Assembly (NCBI GenBank): GCA_963733675.1
Contig: CAVTET010000001.1
Span: 256,001-320,000 of the forward strand
Origin: an uncultured Methanosarcinaceae archaeon
GTDB lineage: Archaea > Halobacteriota > Methanosarcinia > Methanosarcinales > Methanosarcinaceae
Direction of reading: 5' to 3'
DNA length: 64,000 nt
This document shows, in pieces, positions 35,945 through 46,602 of this stretch. Numbering within the stretch: the first letter of the stretch is position 1; every line of letters begins with the position of its first letter. The notes below the pieces were generated by a model, which was given only the letters and a program-made list of their open reading frames with translations, was not told the origin of the DNA and made no database searches. The position numbers and the translations under genes are program-made.

Positions 35945-36652
35945 TTGAATTCTGAAAAGCTAAAAATAGCTGTCCTTGGAGGAACCGGCAACATAGGGGA
36001 GGGAATGGTGCTCAGACTAGCCCTTCAAAACCTAATGCCTGAAGGTGTAAAGAATGAGGTAATTATCGGGTCCAGGTCCAAAGAAACTGCAAATGAAGCC
36101 GCAAAAAAAGCCTTATCAGAACTTGAAAACTGTGGATTTGATATATCCAGAATAACCATTACAGGGAGTACAAACCTTGAAGCTGCACAGGTAGCTGAAA
36201 TAATAGTTCTTACAATCAGTTTTGATTATGTATTGCCCCTACTGGATGAAATCCGGAGGGCTCTTGAAGGCAAAATTGTTATCACTCCTGTGGTCCCAAT
36301 GGTAAAAGAAGGAAATCTTTTTTTGTATAAACCTCCTTCTGAGGGTTCTGCAGCTCTTGCAATCCAGAAAAGGGTTCCTGACTCCACGAAGGTTGTCGCA
36401 GCCTTCCACAATGTTTCTTCAGCGAAATTGAAAGACATTGTCAAATGTGAATCCATATATGACGCACTGGTATGCAGCGATGATGCCGAAGCGAAAAAAC
36501 TGATTATGGAGCTCACAAGGAATATGGGCTGCCTCAAACCCCTTGATGGAGGCCCCCTTAAGCTAGCAAGTACAATAGAGTCGCTGACACCCCTGCTAAT
36601 CAATATCGCAAAACTTAATGGGCTTAAAAATCTCGGGATTAATATTTCTTGA
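35945..36652 (+). CDS. npdG: F420-dependent NADP oxidoreductase
   Basis: GGTGNIGEG, IIGSR, VVAAFHNVS, DGGPL..A..IES.TPLLIN. Confidence 0.9.
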   Translation: MNSEKLKIAVLGGTGNIGEGMVLRLALQNLMPEGVKNEVIIGSRSKETANEAAKKALSELENCGFDISRITITGSTNLEAAQVAEIIVLTISFDYVLPLLDEIRRALEGKIVITPVVPMVKEGNLFLYKPPSEGSAALAIQKRVPDSTKVVAAFHNVSSAKLKDIVKCESIYDALVCSDDAEAKKLIMELTRNMGCLKPLDGGPLKLASTIESLTPLLINIAKLNGLKNLGINIS

Positions 36653-37510
36653 GTTGAGCGAAAAATATGACAGGATGAGAAAAACGACAGCAAAAAGGGG
36701 GATTTGGAAGTAAAGAATAGATGCGAAATAAGGGTTCCATGGAATTTTCTTCAAATGACTTTATTTGAGTCTTCGATGACAATTCACTGATTAGTTCTTC
36801 GACAGTTTTGAAAACAAAATTAGAGCAAAAGCTGTTGAATAATAATCACAGATGTTATGCTCAAAAAAGAGCACAAAGAGTACATTTTAATTTATTTCAG
36901 TATATCATACAAGAAACTGTATATTTGTTCTAAGTGCAATCATTAACTATTGAACTGAGAGGATTTCGATAAATCCCAAAATTTAGTCATATACTTATAA
37001 ATAGTAAATAAATGACTTCTGGTAATCGATGATTTATCTAAATTACCCATAATTCATTAAACAGTGTGCTCTACACCAATAATTATGGAAATTATGCCTC
37101 ACCCAATATTAAGTCAGATACCTACAAATTATATGTAAAATATAACGTGGATATTCAGATTAACAAAAATCAATTCATTAAATCCATTTTGGTGCAGTTT
37201 GATACCACTGATTACAAACTTATGGGGGAAAACATATTCAATAGCGGATATTTAACTAAAATCAGCCCACTAGAATTTGCTCATTAAAACTTAATAAGGT
37301 GATTGTTGGTGTCTTTTTGTTCAGGCTGAATATTTCAATAGAATAATTATATTAGAAAATCATATGACATTATTATCATCATTATTATTATCATTATTAT
37401 TGATTCTCAGCAAACTAAAAATTGTTAAGAGCTTCATTTCGCATTAAATTTTTCAGAGGTTAGTTCAAAGATTTTGATAAACATAGCTTATTCAGCCAAA
37501 ATCTGGATTA

Positions 37511-37735
37511 TCAGGCATTGTCTTCAAGACATCGTCTAGCAGCAAAACTTTCAAATGAAGCACTTGAAACTGCTTTTGCAACTATAGATTCCACATTCTT
37601 GTCAAGGGCGTCGGGGATAATGTGGTCTTCGCAAAAATCGTTGATTGTTACGACTCCGGCAAGAGCACCGGCTACAGCCATTTCCATCTCATACATTATT
37701 TTTCTTGCAAAGTGCAAAGAGCACCTTTCATCGTC
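37511..37735 (-). pseudogene. Malic enzyme C-terminal remnant
   Basis: ARKI..EM..A.A.ALA....EDHIIPDALDK.V...VAKAV. Confidence 0.65.
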
Positions 37736-37819
37736 TTTTGGCCCTTCGAAGAATATTAGACAAATACACCTTTATACGGCTCTTTGTGCTACAATCCGTC
37801 TCACTCCCTATTATTATTC

Positions 37820-37970
37820 TCTTCATTGGTTCTCTCCTTCCTCTATATCTCCAGTTGGACCCTTCAATCTAGCCAGCCATTTTGTTTCATCAAAATTCTC
37901 AAATACGATCTTCAAAACCATCGTTAGCGATGTGGGAAGTAGTACACCTGCAGTTCCGAGTGCATAATTC
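37820..37970 (-). pseudogene. AI-2E family transporter C-terminal remnant
   Basis: YALGTAGVLL..LTMVLKIVFENFDETKWLARL.GP. Confidence 0.6.
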
Positions 37971-38092
37971 CATTAGAAATTTGTGGGAACGCTCTAATTT
38001 TTGGTCGTTAAATATATGCTTCTATCAAATTTGGATTGAAATTTTTTTGAGCTAAGAAGTTCTGAGAATTCAAGCTTACAGGAAAAAATATA

Positions 38093-38199
38093 TAAGATTT
38101 CGATAAACCTCTGATTTTAATGAGTCATTTATATACAATTTCTAAGGATCTGACATAATTTAGGAACTTATCTGAATTTAGGAGCTTATCTGAATCCTT
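38093..38199. mobile_element. GAGGATTTCGATAAA-family MITE
   Basis: Similar to 7153-7243, with a duplicated right end. Confidence 0.6.
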
Positions 38200-38239
38200 T
38201 AAGTTCATAAGAGGAAATTAACTTTGAATAAATATTTTC

Positions 38240-39067
38240 TTAGGTGAGTTTTTTCTGGACTCTTTCATAAAAGCAAGTATCTGAAATCTTCACAAAGCGT
38301 GCTGGGAATTTGGATTTTTTAAGTTTGACTACATCACCGGTTCTGATTCGGTAGGATTTCTGTCCGTCGATTGCAATGATAGCTTCCTTTTTTTGAGCCG
38401 CTAATTTAATTGTTATTTCAGTGTCAGATGGAATTACCCAGGGCCTTGAGGAAAGTTTGAAAGGAGCAACAGGAACAATTACTATCGCATTTACCCTAGG
38501 GTTTACTATAGGACCTCCTGCGCTCATTGCATAGGCAGTTGAGCCCGTGGGGGTTGCAAAAACCACGCCATCTGCACGTATATCATCAAGAAGGCAATCA
38601 CCGATATGAACTTGAAATTGGATAATCTTTGCAGGTTTTGCTGACATTATCGCAATTTCGTTGGTTGCGGTCTCAATCATTTCCTCGTTAAGGAAAACAT
38701 CTACTCGCATCCTTTCGAGATAAGAAAAACCGTACAGAACCTCCTCTATAGTTTCAATTGCATCTTTAGGTTCCACATCTGCGAGAAAACCAAGAGTTCC
38801 CATATTGATCCCGAGTATAGGCAGAGGATTTTTCATCTTGGCAATATTACGAAGGACTGTGCCGTCACCTCCTACACTGATAATCAGTTCGATCCCTTGG
38901 TCTCTCATTTTCTCAACAGGAGTACCTTCTATTCCAAGTATATCAGCTGTGGGAGTGGCGACAAAAATCTGCACCTTTGAGCTGAAATGTGCAAGAATTT
39001 CTTTCACCATTTCAATTACTTCAAACCTATCGCAGCGTGAGTCTATCCCGATTTTTTTAATCGCCAT
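38240..39067 (-). CDS. nadK: NAD kinase
   Basis: GGDGT, GINMGTLGFL, NE, ATPTGSTAYAMSAGGP. Confidence 0.95.
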   Translation of the reverse strand: MAIKKIGIDSRCDRFEVIEMVKEILAHFSSKVQIFVATPTADILGIEGTPVEKMRDQGIELIISVGGDGTVLRNIAKMKNPLPILGINMGTLGFLADVEPKDAIETIEEVLYGFSYLERMRVDVFLNEEMIETATNEIAIMSAKPAKIIQFQVHIGDCLLDDIRADGVVFATPTGSTAYAMSAGGPIVNPRVNAIVIVPVAPFKLSSRPWVIPSDTEITIKLAAQKKEAIIAIDGQKSYRIRTGDVVKLKKSKFPARFVKISDTCFYERVQKKLT

Positions 39068-39069
39068 TT

Positions 39070-39860
39070 TATTCCTCTAATTCTAATAATATCAAATGTA
39101 TTTTATAATATGTCCTTTGCCTGCGATCATTTCCACCCTTAATATATATTATCAGAAAGTCTTAAGATGGTTTCCTCCTCACGTAACAAGCTCACAAATA
39201 CTCGTTATGATTAGCTGCTTTGCTGCCACATCGGTCACGAGCAGAGAATCTTTAACATTAACAAAAGCACCAAATCTGTCTAAGGCTACAAATAACAATT
39301 CAGGCGAAACACTATCTAAAAATTTTCAGTTTATAAAGTTTTTGTATCAGTTTTGAGTCCTCTCTACATCTGTCAGTAGTTTCAACAATGATACACGTTC
39401 ACATCATATCGGATTTCATGGTAGACTCTATTTTTTTTCGTTGATTTAAGCTCTTTTTCTGGTCTCTGCGTACTATTCTTGGAGTGTTTCAAGATTATTC
39501 GCATACTCGAACTTCATATATAATTGATCGTGAGAGTCAATAGCCATTTAAACTTTGCAAACTTAGATGCCTACAGGATATCAAAATGTTCCTTCATGAG
39601 GGCCAATAACAATAGAAAATTAGGGAAAATTTCCTAAAATACGCTTTCCAATGTTTCTCATAATAATTTTCATAGCTCCTCCAAGGCTTTAACCACCTTA
39701 ACAATAGTATCCTGCTGAGAGATCTATTTTGGTAATTGGAGTTCAGTCTGCCACCATTCAAGAATAGCTAACCCCGGAATGAGTGTCTTCAAGGTGGGAA
39801 ATGGGATTTGATGAATCTTTGAAAGCCTCTTCAAATAATTCCAAATAGTTTGAATCTACT
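39070..39860 (-). pseudogene. Heavily degraded FBPase/inositol monophosphatase
   Basis: Fragments MVADxTP.TKID and FSIVIGPHEGT (DPLDGT-like) directly upstream of NAD kinase. Confidence 0.6.
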
Positions 39861-40078
39861 AAATTTATATTTTCCCTAATATTTCTAAATAAATTTTCCA
39901 GTATTTGCTCTCAGGATGCAGAATATAGTAGATGAATATTCAGGTTTGGATATGCATGAAGATATTTAATTAAAAATACAGAATTGTCGAATAGGAAACT
40001 CCATATCTAAAAAACTGGATTTCGAACATTCAGAGTGAATACCCCGAAATCCTCAAAAGCTGAAGTGTCATTCGAGAC

Positions 40079-41086
40079 TTACAGTCCAATGGCCTTATTT
40101 GTTTTCTCAATCGACTTTTCACCTTCACTTTCCAGTTCCATCATGGCCCTTATAGCATCCACATTTTCGGGAACTACAATAGACTCCTGATGGATGGCTT
40201 GGAAGAAGTAGAGCTCCTGCTCATTAACTGTTATAGACTCAGGCCAGATGCAGTTCTCCCACATATCATTTCTGGGTCGTTTTATGTCCCTAGCAACTTC
40301 CATGATCTCGGCTGTTGAAGTAATACCCTGGCCTACGAAATGTATCCTGGACTGGTTATTGAAAATTTTCTTGATATCTTCTGCAGTGCAGTCAGTGTTA
40401 ACTTCCATATTCACAGTATGCAGGTGCATGAGAGTTGTCGGAACTATCAATGCTGCAGATGTTATATTGATGTTTGGAAGCACACTCTTTACATCAGGTC
40501 CATGGTGGGACGGAAGTTTCACTGGGTTAAGTACAATTGCATTAACAGGCCCCTTTTTAATATCGTTGGGGTCGACAGCCCTCCTTGCAACAGTTACCCT
40601 CACTTTCTTTACTCCGAGTTCATTGTTTATTGGGGATATTACCCTGCAGAGTCCTGTGGTGTTGCACGAGACAACTCTCACAAGGTCACGACCCAGAGCC
40701 TTATCGTAATTACTGACTGCATTAAAGGAGAAATCTGTAAGCTGATGACTCTCTCCTCCTTGCCAAATTGCCTTTACTCCGGTTTTCTCATATAAGGGCT
40801 TATTTTTTTCCCCAACTCCACCTGGAGTACAGTCCACAACAAGGTCGGCTTTTCCGATCATTTCTTCAATTGTCCCTGCCGAGGGTATTCCTGCCTTTCC
40901 AAAAGCTTCTATATTTTCAGCAGGTGTGTATATGTCATACCCTAACTGGTGTGCTACTGCAGCTTCATAGTTCGGCTTTGTCTTGGAAATTCCGATGATT
41001 TCCATGTCTTCCTGAGCCCTTACGGCATCTGCAACTCTTTTTCCTATGGTTCCGTAACCATTTACTGCAATCTTTGCTTTAACCAT
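40079..41086 (-). CDS. gap: Archaeal type II glyceraldehyde-3-phosphate dehydrogenase
   Basis: NGYGTIGKRVADAV, VVSCNTTGL, PSHHGPDV, HQESIVVPENVDAIRA. Confidence 0.97.
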   Translation of the reverse strand: MVKAKIAVNGYGTIGKRVADAVRAQEDMEIIGISKTKPNYEAAVAHQLGYDIYTPAENIEAFGKAGIPSAGTIEEMIGKADLVVDCTPGGVGEKNKPLYEKTGVKAIWQGGESHQLTDFSFNAVSNYDKALGRDLVRVVSCNTTGLCRVISPINNELGVKKVRVTVARRAVDPNDIKKGPVNAIVLNPVKLPSHHGPDVKSVLPNINITSAALIVPTTLMHLHTVNMEVNTDCTAEDIKKIFNNQSRIHFVGQGITSTAEIMEVARDIKRPRNDMWENCIWPESITVNEQELYFFQAIHQESIVVPENVDAIRAMMELESEGEKSIEKTNKAIGL

Positions 41087-42009
41087 TTGTTATCCTGTCC
41101 TGTTTACTCCTTTTCTATTCAATTCAGGATATAGTTTTAATTGTAGCTAAATTATGTCTAAATAGCTGAAAACTTAATTTTATCATAATTTGTAATTTCC
41201 TAGCCGTAAATTGTCTAAGTCTAAATTAGAGGCATAAATTCAAGGTATATTCATGGATTTACAATTCATTATGTATGTTAAATATCTATGCTGTAAACTA
41301 ATCCCCTTAAACTAATCCTCAATGCATTTGATCACAGATGCTTATTTAGCATATTCATATCTCGAGTATTTTGACTTTAGCCTTATTTCGATAAATGAGA
41401 TCACATGAAGTTATAGGTTAGAACAGGATAAATGCTTTTCTCGGGCAGCTTTTATTGATTAAATAAAGTAGAAGAAAGATTAAGAGCTTCTTTAGCTTTC
41501 AGATCATTTTCCTTAAAACATGATTATCATGTATATATCCTTTTTCTTACTCTGGGCAGTATTTTTTTCCGATATATTTATTTCAAATTCGAGCTGATAA
41601 GTGTGAAAAATATTAAGTAGAAATTACTCTGAAAAAGATCTAATCAGCCTTTTTTTAATCGTAATAAGACTAGAATAATAGCTATGCTATGTCTATTGGA
41701 TGATAGTTGGTAATAGAACCTTGAAGAAGAACTTAAGAGTAAGATTTAATCGGTTGTGAATTAAAACATTTTGAATAATAGCTTGAACAATCAGGTTATA
41801 TATCCGGTACGTCTTTATTTTTTTATTTCCCTCTAAACGACGTCTTCATGCATCTTTATTTGCGGTGAAAATGCTTCCATCTTTCCTTTTAATCATATAA
41901 GTCTGAATATTATTCTAAAATAAAATCAAACTCAAAATGATATATTGATGCTATATTATAATCTTTCAAGTCTATGTAAATATTAAGGGAGATTTCGATA
42001 ATTCTCTGA

Positions 42010-42516
42010 TTAGGGTTCAGTAATCTTTTCTTGAGCTTTAGCGATAAATTCTTCCGTGAGTGCTTCTTTTTTCTTTCTTGATCCAGGTTTATATGTTAAT
42101 TTCCTGTACCCGAAATCTTTAATTATTTGTCTCATTCTTGATTTTGAATAAGATATTTTGAATTCTTCTTTAACAAATTGGATTGCGTCTTGTGTTTGCC
42201 AACCACGATAATAACCATCATCTGTTGATATTGGCTCTGAAAGTGCTTTCCTTAACTTCGAAAATTGTTCTTCTGTTAAAAGAGACTTTACTCCTCGACC
42301 ATGTTTACATTTAAGGCTGAGCAAACCTTCTTTTTCAGCACGCTTTACCCAACGATAAATCGTAGAGCGATATACTAAAAAATCTTCTGCAACTTTGGCT
42401 GGACTCAGACCATTTTTAACTAATAATAAAGCTTGAAGTCTCATCTGCTCGTTTTTGTCGCAGGAACTAATTGTTGCCTTAGCAATATCATGCGTGGTAA
42501 ACATATCCAAGCTCAT
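42010..42516 (-). CDS. HTH / winged-helix protein resembling the IS630 transposase N-terminus
   Basis: RLQALLL..G....VA......STIYRW..R..GL, W......F.I.YS; no DDE domain follows. Confidence 0.65.
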   Translation of the reverse strand: MSLDMFTTHDIAKATISSCDKNEQMRLQALLLVKNGLSPAKVAEDFLVYRSTIYRWVKRAEKEGLLSLKCKHGRGVKSLLTEEQFSKLRKALSEPISTDDGYYRGWQTQDAIQFVKEEFKISYSKSRMRQIIKDFGYRKLTYKPGSRKKKEALTEEFIAKAQEKITEP

Positions 42517-43292
42517 AATTCAATTAATGTATTAATATCATATAAATGATGTTGCATTATATTCAGAGTGATGATATATGAAATAAATGTCATTATTCAA
42601 CTATGGAAAAACAATTTCATTAGCTATATTATTTAGGGTTTTATAGGTGCTTTTTTGAACTGATTTTCTTCATTTGGTGATTATTTATTTTGTTTTTAAA
42701 TTTTAGATGGGCTTTCAATTGCACAATTTTCACAGTTTAACAAAATATTAATATATTTATTTTGGGTAGCTGAATAATTGCTAATAAAATAGTGATATGT
42801 GTTAATATGACACTAAAGGATGAAATCGACATTGTGTAGATATACACATATGTATAATTTGTTTGATCATTCGCACGCGATTATTTATCTAAAGTTAGTA
42901 ATGATTCAGTCTGGGGGATTAAGTATCAATAACCATCTTTACCAAAATTCAATGAGCAAATTTCGGTGAGCTGATTTTCTTTAACTGCTAACTATTGACA
43001 ATATTTTTAATTATTTAATCAGTTAATAATTAGAAATATCTATTGAAACAAAATAGATACATTTTCAACTGATTTTTGGTAAGCTACAATAGTTATGAAG
43101 GTTAGATTAATTTTTAAGCTACTGTCATATTGAGAGAATAGATGGCATTCTTGTGTACATCTACGGAAAGTGGAGTGAAACAAATAAATGAAATGCTCTT
43201 GTGAGACCAGCCTCAAGCGAAATATATAAATACAATTATCGCTTTAAGAATGTTCGCGACAGGGTGAAAAAAAAGGTGCATCCGGTAATAAA

Positions 43293-43365
43293 GCCGCTTT
43301 AACTCAGTTGGTAGAGTGTCTGGCTGTTAACCAGAATGTCGTAGGTTCGAGCCCTGCAAGCGGCG
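43293..43365 (+). tRNA. tRNA-Asn(GTT)
   Basis: GCCGCTT/AAGCGGC acceptor stem; TCTGG-CTGTTAA-CCAGA anticodon arm. Confidence 0.95.
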
Positions 43366-43495
43366 TAAGACTTTTGTACAGTTTAAAGTACATCTTTTCT
43401 AGAAGAATATAAAACCCCTAAAAAATCTTTATAATAAGGGGTTATAGCTTAATAACTAGCTACTAACTGTCACTTAAAATGTATAAATTCAATAA

Positions 43496-43570
43496 GGGCC
43501 TGTAGCTCAGTCAGGTTAGAGCGCTCGGCTCATAACCGAGCGGTCACCGGTTCAAATCCGGTCAGGCCCA
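43496..43570 (+). tRNA. tRNA with CAT anticodon, probably Ile2 (agmatidine type)
   Basis: GGGCCTG/CAGGCCC acceptor stem; CTCGG-CTCATAA-CCGAG arm; lacks initiator features. Confidence 0.9.
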
Positions 43571-43589
43571 TAAAACTATTCTTAATAGT

Positions 43590-43839
43590 TCTAAGCAAAT
43601 ATTATTTCTCAACGTTGTTTTGATCTTTTTTGATCCCAGTTAGTGTCATAGGTGCGACACAGGATTCAGATGCTTGGATCGCTAAAGGAAATGCTATAGC
43701 TGATTTAGACAAATATGATAAGGCAATAAAAGCCTATGATAAATTAATTGAACTTAACCCAAATGATTCAGGCGCTTGGAACAAGAAAGTCGCTGCTTTA
43801 AATAAATCCAATCTTATAGTCGTAAATCTAAACAAAGAC
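43590..43839 (+). pseudogene. Secreted TPR protein fragment truncated by an IS6-MITE end
   Basis: DSDAWIAKGN..YDKAIKAYDKLIELNP; GGTTCCGTTGC at 43840. Confidence 0.7.
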
Positions 43840-43915
43840 GGTTCCGTTGCAAAAAATCTGGCTTTTTAAAAAAATCAGTGAAAACCTTCACAATTAGGAA
43901 AGTTAATTATTTTCA
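43840..43915. mobile_element. Partial IS6-MITE
   Basis: Matches the first ~70 nt of 25651-25800 with substitutions. Confidence 0.8.
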
Positions 43916-44902
43916 TTAGAAATAAAATAGCTGGCCAATAGTTCAAACAAAGTTATGGAAAGTAACGTTAAGGATATACACAGGTTCTACAATAAAACTT
44001 CAACATCAATGGGAAAATAAGAAACAAAATGTTTGTCAGTAAAACTATTGACTTTTCATTAATTATAATGAAGGGCAAAATAATAAGTAATCTGGAAGAC
44101 TCAAAATGAAATAGGGCAATATCAATTACCTTAAAGGATGTCATTATTGCCCTGAAAATTAGGAGACTAACCCCTTTAAATTATGCATGGAGACTATATT
44201 TATCAACATGAAGTTAACATCAATAAAATATTGTTTGTGCAGTTAGTGAGATGATCAATCCGATGCTTTTAAGCTTATTTTTCCCTAACTGATTAACTCA
44301 TTCTGCCAATAGGCTGATCAATTTCTGTTTTTCATTGGGAAGAAACAGATATAGAATCAATCATATTTACAAAACTTTCGGTACGCTGCCAGATCTATAT
44401 AATTATTTTTCTCCTTATATTTCTATTTATAACTGTTATTTAGGTTAATTAATTCCAAGTGTTCCGCGAGCTCCATATGCTCTATTAGTTTCATAAGTTC
44501 CATTAGTAATAGATCAGCAACGTTTTCTTATTCTGGATGGAACTTAGGAAATTCAGAGCTTTGGATACAAAAGACAACATATACATGAAGGTACTGTACT
44601 GGCCTGCTATTACAGGAATTATGTTATTGATTACATTCTTGAATTTTTATTGATAGGTATTTGATATCTTAATTTTCTTCATTTTAATGCAGAAATGCGC
44701 TTTTTTAAACTTGTGGATTCATTCGTGAACTTCCATACATTTATTTTTTTATTAATCTAATAATCTTAATATAAAAAGAAAATGTTATTAATTATTGCTG
44801 TTCAGTAACAAAGATACTTGTCTTTTTACTAGCAGGCCAGTTAAGTTTTGTTTCAATACTAGTCTATATATTTATTAAGGTGAATAAAAAGGAGATAATA
44901 AG

Positions 44903-45223
44903 ATGTTAAAACAGATGAAAAAGACACTAGGTATTGTGCTAGCAGTTTGTTTTTTAATGTCCGTGACCGTTGCAGCAGTAAGCGCAGAACCTATTGTGGC
45001 TAAGGAGAAGAAAGTCGTGGCTATTGATAAAGAAACTGGACAGAAGATAGCTGCGAAAGGAGTGGCCGTGAAGAGTGAAACTGGCCAGAAGATGGTAGCT
45101 GGGAAAGGAGTGGCTGTTAATAGTAAAACTGGTAAGAACATAGCTTCTAAAGGCGTAGCCATGGATAGTGTAACTGGAAAGAAAATAGTAGCCACGAAAA
45201 AGGTGGTCATAAAAAACGATTAA
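44903..45223 (+). CDS. Small secreted Lys/Val-rich protein with 15-16-aa repeats
   Basis: AAGGAG RBS; signal peptide ...AAVSA; four KGVAVxSxTGxKIxA repeats. Confidence 0.8.
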   Translation: MLKQMKKTLGIVLAVCFLMSVTVAAVSAEPIVAKEKKVVAIDKETGQKIAAKGVAVKSETGQKMVAGKGVAVNSKTGKNIASKGVAMDSVTGKKIVATKKVVIKND

Positions 45224-45332
45224 GATCAGGCAATTAATAGCTGAATCGGCAAAGACCTGACAGATCTGTTTATTGAAATTCTCTATATTTAACATGTTAT
45301 TAATTTAAACAGTATACACGGAGTGAAATCAA

Positions 45333-45676
45333 ATGTTGAAACAATCATTTAGAATGAAAAAGTAATTGCCATTTTACTGGCAGTACTATTTGTAACATCT
45401 TTGACAGCAATGGCAGCTGTTGCTGGCCATCACGGAGGCCACCACGGCGGCTATGGCGGCTATGGTGGCTGTAGATTACCCATTTGTGCACCACCTGTCC
45501 AACCTGTCATAACATATGCTGACCAAGTTGTCAACAAACCTGTCACAACAATGAAAAAACGAGTTGTCGAAGTACCTGTCACAACAATGGTCGATAAGTG
45601 TGTCGACGTGCCTGTCACAACAATAGTCTCAGAAGTTGTCAAAGTACCTGTTTGTGGACTTGCCCCGGTTTGCTGA
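45333..45676 (+). CDS. Small secreted Gly/His- and Val/Pro-repeat protein; 1-nt frameshift in the A-run near 45357
   Basis: GGAG RBS; MLKQSFRMKK(V)IAILLAVLF signal peptide; GHHGGHHGGYGGYGG; VPVTT repeats at 12-aa spacing. Confidence 0.75.
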
Positions 45677-46602
45677 ATACCGTAACTCTGAGTACCACTG
45701 CACGACATAATAGCACGAAGGCTAACAAGAATTATAAAATAGTAGATTAAATGTAGATAAGAGTCTTACTGCTTAAGTAAGCTTGTTCGATCCGATATAA
45801 AAAAACGTCATTGACTGCAGAGTGAGACTCTTAATTTTTTTATTATTTATATCTATTTGACAGTATTTGCTTGAAAATACAATTGATTTTTTGGTTCAAT
45901 TCCTTGTTTGAAACACAAATGTAGACTTTGCTTGCCTGTTTGTTAATTATTATTCGTTGAAATTTATATTACTTTTTAAGCGACTTTCATACTGAGAAAA
46001 TAGATGGCATTATTTATATTCATCTGCAGAAAGCGGAATAGTTACTAATTTTTAGCCTTGATTCACAAATATTTCACTTACTTTCATTACAAAACAGGCT
46101 TTATTGTTTTCACTTATGCATAGATTTTATAGCATAAACTATATATTAATGCGTTCGGGAAATTTCAACCGTTAATTGAAGCAGTTAAAAACTTGCTGAA
46201 CTCAGCTTCTAATAAGTGAATGCAGACCTTTTTACTTCAATGTTTATGCTCTCTTAAACTGACTCCCAGCTTCCTTTCCGTAGTCTATATGCAATCTTTA
46301 GACGAAATATAATCCAAAAACCTGCTGGAGGCTTTATAATGTATATTTTTTCAGATTATTACATGCTCATAAAGGTGTAAATTTCCTCAAAGAATGTATT
46401 AAAATTTAATCAATTTCTATAATATGGTCAAATATATAAATTAACAGAAAGATTAGGATAGGATTCCCGCGAAGAAAAAATTAAAGGTAATTCTGAATCC
46501 ACTAAAGTGTATATGTAATATAGCATAACCAAATATAATTGAAACACCATAATTTTGGATCATCACAAAATACTATTACTATCCCCCCAATTAATTACTT
46601 AG

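Noticed and set aside
37355-37402. (ATT/ATC)n trinucleotide run
   Set aside because: Short low-complexity microsatellite with no supported ORF or function
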